A stretch of DNA of 64,000 nt, from the NCBI RefSeq assembly GCF_963921235.1, contig NC_086108.1:27406001-27470000 (forward strand), read 5' to 3'. The translations under genes and the position numbers were made by a program. Source of the stretch: Mobula hypostoma (lineage: Eukaryota). This document shows, in pieces, positions 26,062 to 38,137 of the stretch; the first letter of the stretch is position 1, and the number at the start of each line of letters is the position of its first letter. The notes beneath the pieces were generated by a model. The model did not search any database. It worked only from the letters and a program-made list of their open reading frames with translations, and was not told the origin of the DNA.

Positions 26062-26175
26062 AGAACTCTACCTTCTATAGACATCTGTACCAGGTACATC
26101 AGCTCTGTTCTGCACTGGCACCCTGACTGCTATGCTGATGTACCTGGTACAGATGTCTATAGAAGGTCGAGTTCT
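26062..26175. repeat. 42-bp inverted repeat with 30-nt spacer
   Basis: Arms 26062-26103 and 26134-26175 are 41/42 complementary. Confidence 0.95.
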
Positions 26176-26364
26176 CAGGTGATGAGCAATACCCTTCCAT
26201 TAATCTATTTCAGTGTATGTTGTCAAGTTTCTGTCACATGCTGATATTTATAATATCTTACAAAAATATAATGGTTATTATCTAATAATAATATAACATT
26301 CATTTCTTTCTTTTGAATATGAACAAATAATTCATTCAAACTTATGATAATGTTTATTACTAGG

Positions 26365-26640
26365 AGAGTGAAGTGGTGCAGCTAGTAGATCTGCTACATT
26401 ACAGCACCGGAGATGCATTTTCAATCCTGACCATGGGTGCTGACTCTTTACTCCCGGTGACTGGTTGAGGTTCATCTAAATTCTTCCGTTTCTTCCTATG
26501 TTCCAGAATGATAAGTTTATTACCTACTGTAAACTTCCCTGTGGGCATTAATAAGGGGCAGGATCTTGGGGCCATTAATGAGAATACAGAAGAATAGAAA
26601 GAAAGTCGAAGAATGTAGGATTGATGTAAATGGGTGGGCT
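26365..26640 (+). mobile_element. HE1/V-SINE-like tRNA-derived SINE, decayed
   Basis: A-box-like GTGGTGCAGCTAG and B-box-like TTCAATCCTG, followed by a decayed V-domain. Confidence 0.5.
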
Positions 26641-26849
26641 ATATGAGTGCCAACGGGCAATGCAAGAAACAAAAAAAAAAGTGCTAACACTATAATCAAT
26701 AGAACCAGCAACACTGAATGCATAAACAGATTGACATGAAGAATGTAAAGATATTTGCACTGCATTCTACTTTTGTACTTTTTCTTAAAAATAAAATAGT
26801 TTTTAAAAATAAAAATGGATGGTTGATAATTTTCACAGACTAGGAGTGC

Positions 26850-29800
26850 CAAGTAATATATCTCCATTTTGTTAACTTTGCTGTGTCTTTCCTCTTCCAA
26901 TAAATTGGTACATTGCTTTGATAATGTGTAGCAAATGCAACTGTGTTGCTATCAAAGGTACACTCACATCTTCTCATTTTTGTTGATATTAATCTTGATA
27001 ATTCCTGATTTCAGTGGCTCCTGTGTTTGGTAGGTTGGACATCAGCTTGGTTCTGATGCCTCTGCCAGTCATAATGATTTATGATTTATGGCACTGGTTT
27101 TATTGTTGATCATGTTTTTTTATTTGGATTGAGTACTTGGACAGTTTGCTTTACCAATGATTCCAGTAATGATTGAATATCATTGCACTTCTGGCATTTT
27201 GTGCATGTCACCACTATTCTCTCTATATCTTTGTAAATGTCAATCCTGAGTACAGCCAATCTAGCTCTCACCTTTCATTTCTGTGCTGGTTATATATCTT
27301 CTGAATTAATTTTCCATCTGTCATTTAGAGTATGCTGATTCTGGATCTAGCCAGTGAACTACCATTTCGTAGTGAAACGTTACTTCCATTTAACCAAGAG
27401 TATCTTATGGGAGGCTGTATTTGCTTCAATATTTTTACCACACCCCATCACTAATCAGCCACCATTGTTAGCTCCTTATCCTTGCCAAGCATATACCTGA
27501 ATTTATGCCACTTTGTTGCTAATACAGTTACTTCATTTCCCATCTGATGCTCCTCATGAACTGATAGATGAGAGAGTGCATCTGCAAGAATTATTTTTAC
27601 CTGGTTTCCATTTGAGAATAAAGTTTGAAGTCTGAAGCCTCAAGAGCACAATCTTGCTTTTGTTCAACATAATTTTTCTCCTTAGATGTTCTAGATTGGT
27701 TTTCATCCTGCAAAATAAGTAGAGAATTTCTCACATCCCTAACTAACCAGTTCCCCTCCACCACAACTTTCCTCTGCCTAGCGGAACTTGTCCTCACTCT
27801 AAATAATTTCTTCTTCGGGTCCTCCCACTTCCTTCAAACGAAAGGGGTAGCCATGGGCACTCGCATTGTTTCCAGCTACGCCTGCCTGTTTGTCGGATAC
27901 ATGAAACAGTCTAGGTTCCAAGCCTACACTGGTGATGTCCCGCACTTGTTACATCGACAACTGCATTGGTTCTGATTCCTGCATCCATGCTGAACTTGTC
28001 AATTTCATCTGCTTTGCCTCCAACTTCCACCTGGCCCTCAATTTCACCTGCTTCATTTCAGACACTTCCTTTCGCTTTCTCGATCTTACTGTCTCTACCT
28101 CCGTAGACAGCTTATCTACCAATGTCTATTATAAACCAACAAACTCTCACAGCTACGAGGACTATACCTCGTCTCACCCTGCTGCTTGTAAAGTCGCCAT
28201 CCCTTTCTCTCAATTCCTCCGTCTCCACCGCATCTGCTCTCAGAATAAGGCTTTTCATTCTAGAGCAAAGAAGATGCCCTCCTTTTTCAAATAAAGGGGC
28301 TTCCCTTCCTCCAACATCAACACTGCCCTCAACTGCACCTCTTACATTTCAGGCATGTCTGTTCTTACCCTATTCTCCCGTCACACTACCAGGGATGGGG
28401 TTCCTCTTATCCTCACCTACCACCCCTCCAGCTTCCGGTTCAAGTTTATAATTCGCTGAATCTCCGCATCTCCAACTGGATCCCACTACAAAACATATCT
28501 TTCCCTCCCCCCCCCCACTTTCTGCTTTCCACAGGCATGGCTCCTTACGTGACTCCCTTGTCCATTCGTCCCTCCCGCTGATCTCCCTTCTGGCACTTAT
28601 CCTTGCAAGTGCTTCACCTGCCACTACACCTCCTCCCTCACCACCATTCAGGGCCCCAAACAGTCCTTCCAGGTGAGATGACACTTCACCTGTGAGTCTG
28701 TTGGTGTCATATACTGTGTTTGGTGCTCCCGGTATGGCCTCTTGTATATCGGCGAGACCTGACATAGATTGGGAGACTGCTTTGCCAAGCATCTATGCTT
28801 CCTCTGCCAGAAAAAGCGGAATCTCCCAGCGGCCTCCCATTTTAATTCCACTTCCCATTCCCATTCCAACATGTCCATCCACGACCTCCTCTACTGTCAT
28901 GATAAGGCCACACTTAGGTTGGAGGAACAATACCTTATGTTCCATTTGGGTAGCCTCCAACCTGACTGCATGAACATTGATTTCTCAAACTTCCAGTACT
29001 GTCTCCAACCCCCCCACCTCACAATTTCCCATCCCCTTGTCCCTCTCTCATGTTATCTCCTTGCCTGCCCATCACCTCCCCCCAGTGTTACTCCGCCCAC
29101 TTTCTTCCATGGCCTTCTGTCTCTTTCACCAATCAACTTCCTAGCTCTTTGTTTCATCCCTCCACCTCCAAGTTTCAACTATCGCCTGGTGTTTCTTTCT
29201 CCCTTCCTCCCACCATTCTAATCTAGTCCTCAGCTTTTTTTTCTCTAGTGCTGCTGAAGGGTTTCAGCCCAAAATATTAATTGTACTTTTTTCCATAGAT
29301 ACTGCCTGGCCTGCTGAGTTCTTCCAGCATGTTGTGTGTGTTGCAACTATTATTAGTTCTCTTTCTGTATTGTGTACCTTGTTTTTGCAAGGTGAATGCT
29401 TACATGCAAGTGACATTATCTTCCCAGTTGAGGTGATCCCAGACTTTTAATAGAAGTGTTTCTTACAAAGTGGCTGTTTTTTGTGATGGCTTGCCTGCTT
29501 TTTGGTATGATAACCATTGGCACCAAGTATATATATTCACTGGTTCTCTCAGGTTTGCTGGCTGTTCCGATGAGTGCCAGATGAAAAGATTCATGTGTCC
29601 ATTATTCTTTTAAAAACTTCTCAACTGTTTCTTGTGTCTTGGCCCTTTCATCTTTACAATTGCTGTGACTTTCTTTGGGTTGGACTTCAGTCTGTTTGGT
29701 GCACTTATTATTCCATGGAGCTTCCTCCTTTCTGATACATTCGTCAGAACTTAACTGGTGATTTAACATTTTCGTACCTCTTCCATTCACTGTCAGCATA

Positions 29801-30690
29801 TCAACTATATTATTTCAAAATGTTACCATTTGGGTACCCATCTCCTTCTGTTTTCAGTGAAGATGCTTTTACATGAATGAAGTGAGATACTGTTACCTTG
29901 TATTCCTGTATCTGGTGCCAGCTTTAAATTTATGGTTGTAAGTTTGTTGTACATTCTATTTTTTATCTAGTGAAAGTGTAAAATTTAGTTATTTGAATGT
30001 GACCAGTTTCCAATTACTCCTTGCTATACATGCTTCCAGCATGAAATGTCTTAAACTCTCTTTCATCTTTGATGATATTCATATTCATGATTGGATTCTG
30101 TTGTAGTGGGTTTCAACTCATGGTTCTAATTGTTCGTTGGCACATTTTCTCTCCATAACTCAGACTGCCATTTCATTGGAAGTCTGAAGCCATTTCGCTG
30201 AAATTTTGATCATGCACAAGTAATTTCTGAATTTGTGAAGTTACCCACATTTCTTAGACACTTCTTTCAGTCTGACTTTCATATTTTTGTTTCTGTTGCT
30301 TACTGCATCTACCTTCTTCTCCTACCAGTGATTGATTAGATCTTTGAGTAGTTAGTGCTTCCATCCATCTTCTAGTAGCTGCCCGTGTTCCAGAAAATTT
30401 CTCCTTCCCTGTCAAAAGAGTCATTTGTGCATGATACATCAAAAACAACATAATTCACAAACCTTTCCTCCACTTCTTTAAAATGCATGTGAAAAAATTT
30501 ATTGAAGTTTCACCTATTTCTTGCTGCAGACTATGGCCTTCATATCTATAGACCCATGGACCAGATTTAAGAACTTGAGTTGTGTACTGGCTTTCAAAGA
30601 TCACATCAGGGCTTAACTTTCTTCCACACTGTTCATTAATGAAATGACTGATAAAGGCTCTGTGGCTCATTAGTGTGTTTATTCTTCTTG
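26850..30690 (-). mobile_element. Ancient Ty3/Gypsy gag-pol relic, interrupted by a Penelope element
   Basis: Minus strand ~29935-29890 reads INLKLAPDTGIQGN (protease DTG). 29690-29612 reads LKSNPKKVTAIVKMKGPRHKKQLRSF (RT-RNase H connection). Outer limits approximate. Confidence 0.6.
27751..29345 (+). mobile_element. Penelope-like element: RT, GIY-YIG endonuclease and terminal pLTR; 5'-truncated and decayed
   Basis: KGVAMGT, YIDNCIG, VYYKPT..HSY.DYTSSHP..CK.AIPFSQFLRL.RICS; VIYCVWC...LLYIGET at ~28706-28760. Confidence 0.9.
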
Positions 30691-32204
30691 TTTTAGAATC
30701 AGAATCAGAATCCTTTATTATCTTCAAGAATGTGGACACATACAGGGAATTTGATGCAGGTTTCCCTGAGCTCTCGCTATACAGAATCAAACACACAACA
30801 CATAACTTACCTGGTGATGCAAGAGAATATATTGCAACAGTGAGTGATAGTCTTGAACTAGTACAGAATTAGTATACTTCAAAAATAAGTTAAAGCTGAG
30901 TCTAGGATCATAAACGTTTGCACTTGGGCATACGACAATAAACTTACATGCAATAGCATCACAGGCACATAACATCACATAAGCAACATTCATGGTGTTG
31001 TTCTCCTGAGGTAGAGATTAAAGTCAAAGTCAAATTATTACAAGTCCATGTATGCACAGGTGCATCAGAAACAACTTGCAGCAGCATCACAGGCAAATAA
31101 CATCACATAAGCAGCATTCACTAGAAAAAAACATAAACTAATTATGGATGACTTCTACAATGAAATACAATTGGAGCCTTAAAGATAAACAAGTCCATTT
31201 TAGTGTAAAATTGTCATAGTGTTGCTAAACCCTAGTGATTTGAGTTTTGCCAGTTGGTTCAAGAACCAAATAGTTGAAGAGAAGTAGCTGTTCTACAACC
31301 TGTTGATGTTGGAAGTAGTTCAAGCTTCTGTACTTCTTTCCCAATGGTAGCTGTGAATAGATGGCATGCCCCAGGTGGGCAGGATCTTATGAACGATGTT
31401 GCCTTCTTGAGCAGCATCTCCTGTAGATACTACCAGTGGTGGGGAGGGTTGTGCCTTTGATCCACTGGGCAGAGTTTAGGACTCTCAGCAGCTTTGTACA
31501 TTCCTGAGCAATCAAACTGCCAGAGCAGATCATGCTGCAATCGGTCAGGATCCTTTCGACAATATATCTTCAGAAGTTTGTTCAGTGACAGGCTGAATCC
31601 TCAGAAATTAAAGACATTGGTGTATTTTCTTTGTGACTCCATCCTTACAATTGTGCCAGACCCAAGGACAGGTCATATACAGGAATTTTAAGTAGCTGAC
31701 TCTCTCCACCGGTGACACCCAATGTAGACCAGCACATGCTCACCCTCCTTCCACTTCCTAAAACCAACAATCAGTTTTTTAGCTTTGCTGTGGCACCACT
31801 GAAACAGGTGACCTGTCTCACTCTGGTAAGATGACCTATTGCCACTTGTGTTTCATCTAACAATCAGAAGTGTCATCGACAAATTTGAAGATGGTATTGG
31901 AGCTATGTTTGGCCACACAGTTATGTGTGTACAGAGATTAGAAGCAGTGGATGAACCATGCAGCCTTGAGGCACACCCTGTTGATGGTCACCAAGGAGAT
32001 GTTAACAAGCCCCACTGATTGAGGTCTGCCAATGAGGATGTTGCATCCAGTTTTTGAGGGAGGAACCATGCCTGAGGCTTTGAATCTTAATGTGAAATTT
32101 GAGTGAGATAATTATGTAGAACACCAATCAATGAATATCCTCGTGTACGAGTTCCTGTGGTCCAAAAGGTCCCGAGCCGAGTGACGAGCCAGTAGATGGG
32201 CATA

Positions 32205-33200
32205 CTTAGCCCACTGCTCTGCTCTCTCTACACTCATTGACTGTGTGGCCAGGCACAGCTCAAATGCCATTTTTAAATTTGCTGACAGCACCACTATTGT
32301 TGGCAGAAGTAACACACACAAAATGCCGGAGGAAATCAACAGGCCAGGCAGCATCTATGGGGAAGGGTCGACTGCGCTCTTTTCCACAGATGCTGCCCGG
32401 CCTGTTGAGTTCCTCCAGCATTTTGTGTGTGTTGCCTCGATTTCCAGCATCTGCAGCTTTTCTCCTTTTTTTAAAATGTTGACAGAATTTCTAATGGTAA
32501 TGAGGAGGCATACAGGAGCGAGATAGATCAGCTGGTTGAGCGCTGTCACAACAACAACCATGCACTCAAGATGAATAAGACCAAGGAATTGATTCTGGAC
32601 TTCAGGAAGGGGAAGTGAAGGGAACACACAACAGTCCTCACTGAGGAATCAGGGGTGAGCAGTTTCAAGTTCCCGGGTGTCAACATCTCCGAAGATCTAT
32701 CCTGGCCCCAACCCATTGATGCAATTAGAAAGAAGGCATGACAGCAGCTATATTTCATTAGGGGTTTGAGGAGACTTGGTGTGTCAGCAAAGGCATTCAC
32801 AAGTTTCTACAGGTGTACAGATGGAGAGCGTTGTAACTTGTTGCATCACCACCTGGCACAGGATAGGAAAATGCTGCAGAAAGTTGTAAACTCAACCAGC
32901 TCCATTATGGGCTCTAGCTCCCTAGCATCAAGAACACCATCAAAATGCAATACCTCAAAAAGGTGGCACCCATCAAAAGAACACCATCACCCAGGACATG
33001 CCCTCTTCTTATTGCCATCATCAAGGAGGAGGTACAGGAGCCTGATGACACACACTCAATGTTTTAGGAACAGCTTATTCCCCTCTGCCATCAGATTTCT
33101 GAATAGCCAATGAATTTATGAACACTACCCCACCAGTTTTTTCTCCCTTTCCACATAAAAACTAATTTCTTGACATATGCCATTGATATTAAACCAGCTT
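32205..33200 (+). mobile_element. Rex1/Babar LINE 3' fragment
   Basis: HSSNAIFKFADSTTIVG, then RRLGVSAKAFTSFYRCT...RRYRSLMTHTQCFRNS. Confidence 0.85.
32309..32476. mobile_element. Palindromic mini-element made of two inverted Penelope termini
   Basis: 50-bp arms at 32311-32360 and 32384-32433 (46/50 complementary); flanked by TGTTGGCAGAA (32298-32308) and TGTTGACAGAA (32477-32487). Confidence 0.85.
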
Positions 33201-33324
33201 CTCATTCAAAAATAGCATCCTCTTTTGATCTGTTGTAACCATAAGCAAATTTGAACACATACAGATCATCTCTGGTCCATGTCATAACAAACCTCTCAGA
33301 GCACTTCATTATGGTTGATATAAG

Positions 33325-35044
33325 TGTAACACCCTGGTTAAGATTTTTACTGCTATGCTGTAGGTATTTCATTTCAGCAGTTCTGTCAGAGCAGTCTCTT
33401 CTGCTTTTAGCATGTTTGGGTTTGAGCTAAAGATCAAGAGCAATGCTGTTCAACTTAGGAATGTCCTGTCAGCCAATCAGGATGGTGGAATTGAGAGAAG
33501 GTTCTGGAGAACTCTGGGCAGAGAGGATTTGTGATGGACACTGGTGTGGGTTGAGCGTTATTTTTGGAGGGAGCTGGGAGAAGACAGAAGGAAAATGGCT
33601 GAAGATGCTATTCCTGTTGCACAAGGTGCTTGGTGCAGAAGAATGGCTTCAGGGAGGAAGGATCAATACTCCCATGGGGAAGCACATTGGTTTGAGGCGG
33701 ATTTCGAACAACATTCAGAAGGTAGTATGTGTTTTCATACAGATCTTGTGTCTAGCACGTGAGTTAAGGACAATTTCAAGATGAGCTCCAACTTGTGTGC
33801 ACATTTGCATTGGGTTAACTGTAATAGACCTTTTTATTTTTTTTCCTTTTCTTTGTCCTACTAACTGTTTGATAAAGCTGGCATTTGTAAATATACTTTC
33901 TTTATAATTGTATGCAGTGTGTTACGTACCCTGTAACTGGGTTGCCAAACCAGCAGAAATGAACTACTCAGTTGGAGTCTGGATTACTGGAACTAAGAAA
34001 GTTTTATTAAAGAAATAAGCAACACAGTACTCTAATAGTAAGGATATAAATGCAACAGGTTAGCAATGAATAAACACACATGTACACAGAACTAAGATAA
34101 TAGGATAAATCAAGCTCTATCGCAGTCTAGGGGTAAATGACCAGTTTCAAGTGACGTAAAGTTCACAATTGAGTTCACTTCAGTTTGCAGTAATCACTGT
34201 TGTGCCGTTGGACAGGGAAAAGGAGAGAGAGCGAAAGCGAATGAATATTCAAAATGGATTCCACACAGACCTTCGATATTCCTCGCAGTTAGCTTTTGGG
34301 CGAGTCCTTGGTAATGTCTTCTGAGGTCACCAACTGTGACCCCTCCGTTCCAGATACGATTGTTCTTCTGCGGTGAACCCGGCATCCAGGCAAGGGCGTA
34401 CACACACACCAGGTTCCCGCCGATCCGTACCTTTCTACCCTGTGTGTCTCTGGCTGGTCCCGCGACCAGACCCCCAAAACTCCCACCGACTTGTAGGGGC
34501 ACACCGCTTCCAGGGTCTCGTTACCTTGTGGTGTCGCGTGTAGTGTCTCAGTGAACCTGCCCCTTTTTATCCTCCTGCTGGGGTATCGCCTGTCCATCAC
34601 ACTTCAGGGTTCAAAAGGAGCCGGTCTTGACAATACTCAGACCGGTGTCTCCTTCCGTTAAACTCTCTTGTCTCTTCATTAACATTTCCAAATGCTGCTC
34701 CATTGTCTTACTTATCTGTCTCTCCTGAAGGCAGGTGGCAGATCAACTGTTGATCCCACTGGTGCTAACACAGGACAGTTAACATCTTAGTCTATGTGTA
34801 CTTTTGTAACCCTCTTTCGTCACAAGTGTACGATCTGTTATTTCTTGGTAAAGGCTAATTACATGGGTGCTATATTTACACAGTATTTTCACAGACTGGT
34901 GTTCAGGTAGTCGAGACATCCCAACATCCTGGTTATGGTGGGACCCAAATCATACCGACCCTAGATGTACAGAGTTTGAAAAAGGTGGTTTTCTCATCGC
35001 TGAATCTGGTGGCTGTTATGGATGCCGCGTAAAAAGGGGTTTCA
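33325..35044 (+). mobile_element. Solo Gypsy LTR related to 14192-14735, interrupted by a second LTR
   Basis: TGTAAC...GTTTCA ends; perfect 4-bp TSD TAAG (33321-33324 / 35045-35048). Confidence 0.85.
33920..34824 (-). mobile_element. Solo LTR, 905 bp, nested
   Basis: TGTTACG...CGTCACA ends; perfect 4-bp TSD AGTG (33916-33919 / 34825-34828); minus-strand ATAAAAAG (~34565) and AATAAA (~34005); many CpGs retained. Confidence 0.9.
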
Positions 35045-35619
35045 TAAGTGTTACTATTGCAGCATTTCATCATGCTCTTCTTGGGCACCAATACAACAGA
35101 TGCCTTTTTGGAGCAGGTAGGAATCTAAGAACACAAAAGTTAGAGGTTGAATCTGTCTGTAAATAATCCAGCCAGTTGGTTCTTACAGCTCTTTAGTACT
35201 CAGACAGGTAGACCATCTGGACCAGTTGCCTTTTGTGGTTTCATCCTCTTGAAGTATGTCCAGATTTCAGGCTCAGAGACTGAAACAACAGAGTCATCCA
35301 GAGATGTTGAGGCTCATGTGAGTGTCTCATTGTTCTCTTCATCAAAATGTGCACTGAAAGCATTGAGCTCATCCAGAAGTTATAAATCATTGCCATGTGT
35401 GCCACTCAATCTCACTTTGCACAAATTTATGTTGTGCATGTCCTGCCACGGTTTTCTATCATCAATCTGTAATTCCAGTTTAGTCTGAAATTACCTTTTT
35501 CTGCCTTTCAAAAGCTATACCTGAACTTCATATATAAAGTTGGGCCACCAACCCTAGACACCACTGATCTAGCCCTCAGCAGATTATGAATCTCCTCATC
35601 CATCCAGAGAAATTACCTA

Positions 35620-36887
35620 GGGTTACCCATAGTCCTCTATTTTTCTGAGCTCTATGTACCTGTCCAGGAATGTCTTAAAAGACCTGAACGTAACCACCTC
35701 TACCACTGTTGCTGGCAGCCCATTCCACACATTCACCACTCTCTGCGTAAAAAAAACTTAGCCCTGATATCTCCTCTGTACCTACTTCCAAGCACATTAA
35801 AACTGTGTCCTCTCATGCTAGCCATTTCCGCTGCGGGAAAAAGCCTCTGACTATCCACACCATCAATGCCTCTCATCATCTTATACACATCTCTCAGGTC
35901 ACCTCTCATCCTCCGTCACTTCAAGGAAAAAAGGCGGAGTTCACTCAATCCATTCTCATAAGGCATGCTCTCCAGTCCAGGCAACATCCTTGTAAATCTC
36001 CTCTGCACCCTTTGTATGGTTTCCACATCCTTCCTATACAGAGGCGACCAGAACTGAGCACAGTACTCCAAGTGGGGTCTGACCAGGGTCCTATATAGCT
36101 GCAACATTACCCCTCGGCTCTTAAACTCAGTCCCACTGTTGATGAAGGCCAATGCACTGTATGCTTTCTTAACCACAGAGTCAGCCTGCACAGCAGCTTT
36201 GAGTGTCCTATGGACTCGGACCCCAAGATCCCTCTGATTCTCCACACTGCCAAAAGTCTTGCTATTTATACTATATTCCGTCATCATATTTGACCTAACA
36301 AAATGAGCCACCTCACACTTATCTGGGTTGAACTCCATCTGCCACTTCTCAGCCCATTTTGGCATCCTATCAATGTCCCAATGTAACCTCTGACAGCCCT
36401 CCACACTATCCACAACACCTCCAACCTTTGTGTCATCAGTAAGTTCAGTAATCCATCCCTCCACTTCCTCATCCAGGTCATTTATAAATATCACAAAGAG
36501 TAGGGGTCCCAGAACAGGTCCCTGAGGCACACCACTGGTCACCGACTTCCATGCAGAATATGACCTGTCTACAACCACTCTTTGCCTTCTGTGGGCAAGC
36601 CAGTTCTGGATCCATAGAGCAATTTCCCCTTGGATTCCATGCCTCCTTACTTTCTCAATAAGCCTTGCTTGGGGTACCTTGTCAAATGCCTTGCTGAAAT
36701 CAATATACATCTACATTTACTGCTCTACCATCATCATTGTGTTTAGTCATATCCTCAAAAAATTCAGTCAGGCTCATAAGGCATGACCTGCCTTTCACAA
36801 AGCTATGCTGACTATTCCTAATCATATTATGCCTCTCCAAATGTTCATATACCCTGCCTCTCAGGATCTTCTCCATCAACTTACCAA
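35620..36887 (-). mobile_element. CR1 LINE RT 3' portion
   Basis: ORFs 36700-36894 and 35916-36710 (YIDFSKAFDKVP, GVPQG, DDTK). Confidence 0.9.
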
Positions 36888-37194
36888 GAAGCACAGCAGG
36901 TGGCTGGATTTACAAAAGTGTGGGTGAGGGATGGAGCAGTAGGTGCTCTTGATGGTGGTAGAGCAGTGGTCGATTGTGTTGGGTCCTCAGGTATGACAGC
37001 TGATATGTTGATATCTGATGTGACAGGTGTGGGGGTATGTCACTTTATTCTTGTTAATCACAGCACTTAGTTCTGAAGGTGTTTAGGGTTGTGCAGGTTG
37101 GTGCAACAACTGAATGACTGAAGGGAAGTAGGTGTTCTTGAACAGTGTAAAACAGGCTCTAGATGAACTGAGCAATGTAAGCAAAAGGCATGAT

Positions 37195-38137
37195 ACATAG
37201 AAACATAGAAACATAGAAAATAGGTGCAGGAGTAGGCCATTCGGCCCTTCGAGCCTGCACCGCCATTTATTATGATCATGGCTGATCATCCAACTCAGAA
37301 CCCAGCCTTCCCTCCATACCCCCTGACCCCTGTAGCCACAAGGGCCATATCTAACTTCCTTTTAAACATAGCTAATGAACTGGCCTCAACAGTTTGCTGT
37401 GGCAGAGAATTCCACAGATTCACCACTCTCTGTGTGAAGAAGTTTTTCCTAACCTCGGTCCTAAAAGGCTTCCCCTCTATCCTCAAACTGTGACCCCTCG
37501 TTCTAGACCTCCCCAACATCGGGAACAATCTTCCTGCATCTAGCCTGTCCAATCCCTTTAGGATCTTATACGTTTCAATCAGATCCCCCCTCAATCTTCT
37601 AAATTCCAACGAGTACAAGCCCAGTTCATCCAGTCTTTCTTCATATGAAAGACCTGCCATCCCAGGAATCAATCTGGTGAACCTTCTTTGTACTCCCTCT
37701 ATGGCAAAGATGTCTTTCCTCAGATTAGGGGACCAAAACTGCACACAATACTCCAGGTGTGGTCTCACCAAGGCCTTGTACAACTGCAGTAGTACCTCCC
37801 TGCTCCTGTACTCGAATCCTCTCGCTATAAATGCCAGCATACCGTTCGCCTTTTTCACCGCCTGCTGTACCTGCATGCCCACTTTCAATGACTGGTGTAT
37901 AATGACACCCAGGTCTCGTTGCACCTCCCCTTTTCCTAATCGGCCACCATTCAGATAATAATCTGTTTTCCTATTTTTGCCACCAAAGTGGATAACTTCA
38001 CATTTATCCACATTAAATTGCATCTGCCATGAGTTTGCCCACTCACCCAACCTATCCAAGTCACCCTGCATCCTCTTAGCATCCTCCTCACTGCTAACAC
38101 TGCCACCCAGCTTCGTGTCATCCGCAAACTTGGAGAT
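37195..38137 (-). mobile_element. Young 5'-truncated CR1 LINE
   Basis: Open RT C-terminus (ISKFADDTK...RKNFFTQRVV), nearly identical to 19972-20910; ATAGAAAC tail. Confidence 0.95.

Larger units (their letters stand above)
30695..35605 (-). mobile_element. Fragmented antisense Rex1/Babar LINE sequence hosting nested insertions
   Basis: (AGAATC)n tail at ~30695; RT segments at 31230-32110, 33260-33324 and 35049-35605 (minus strand FKRMKPQKATGPDG). May comprise more than one copy. Confidence 0.6.
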
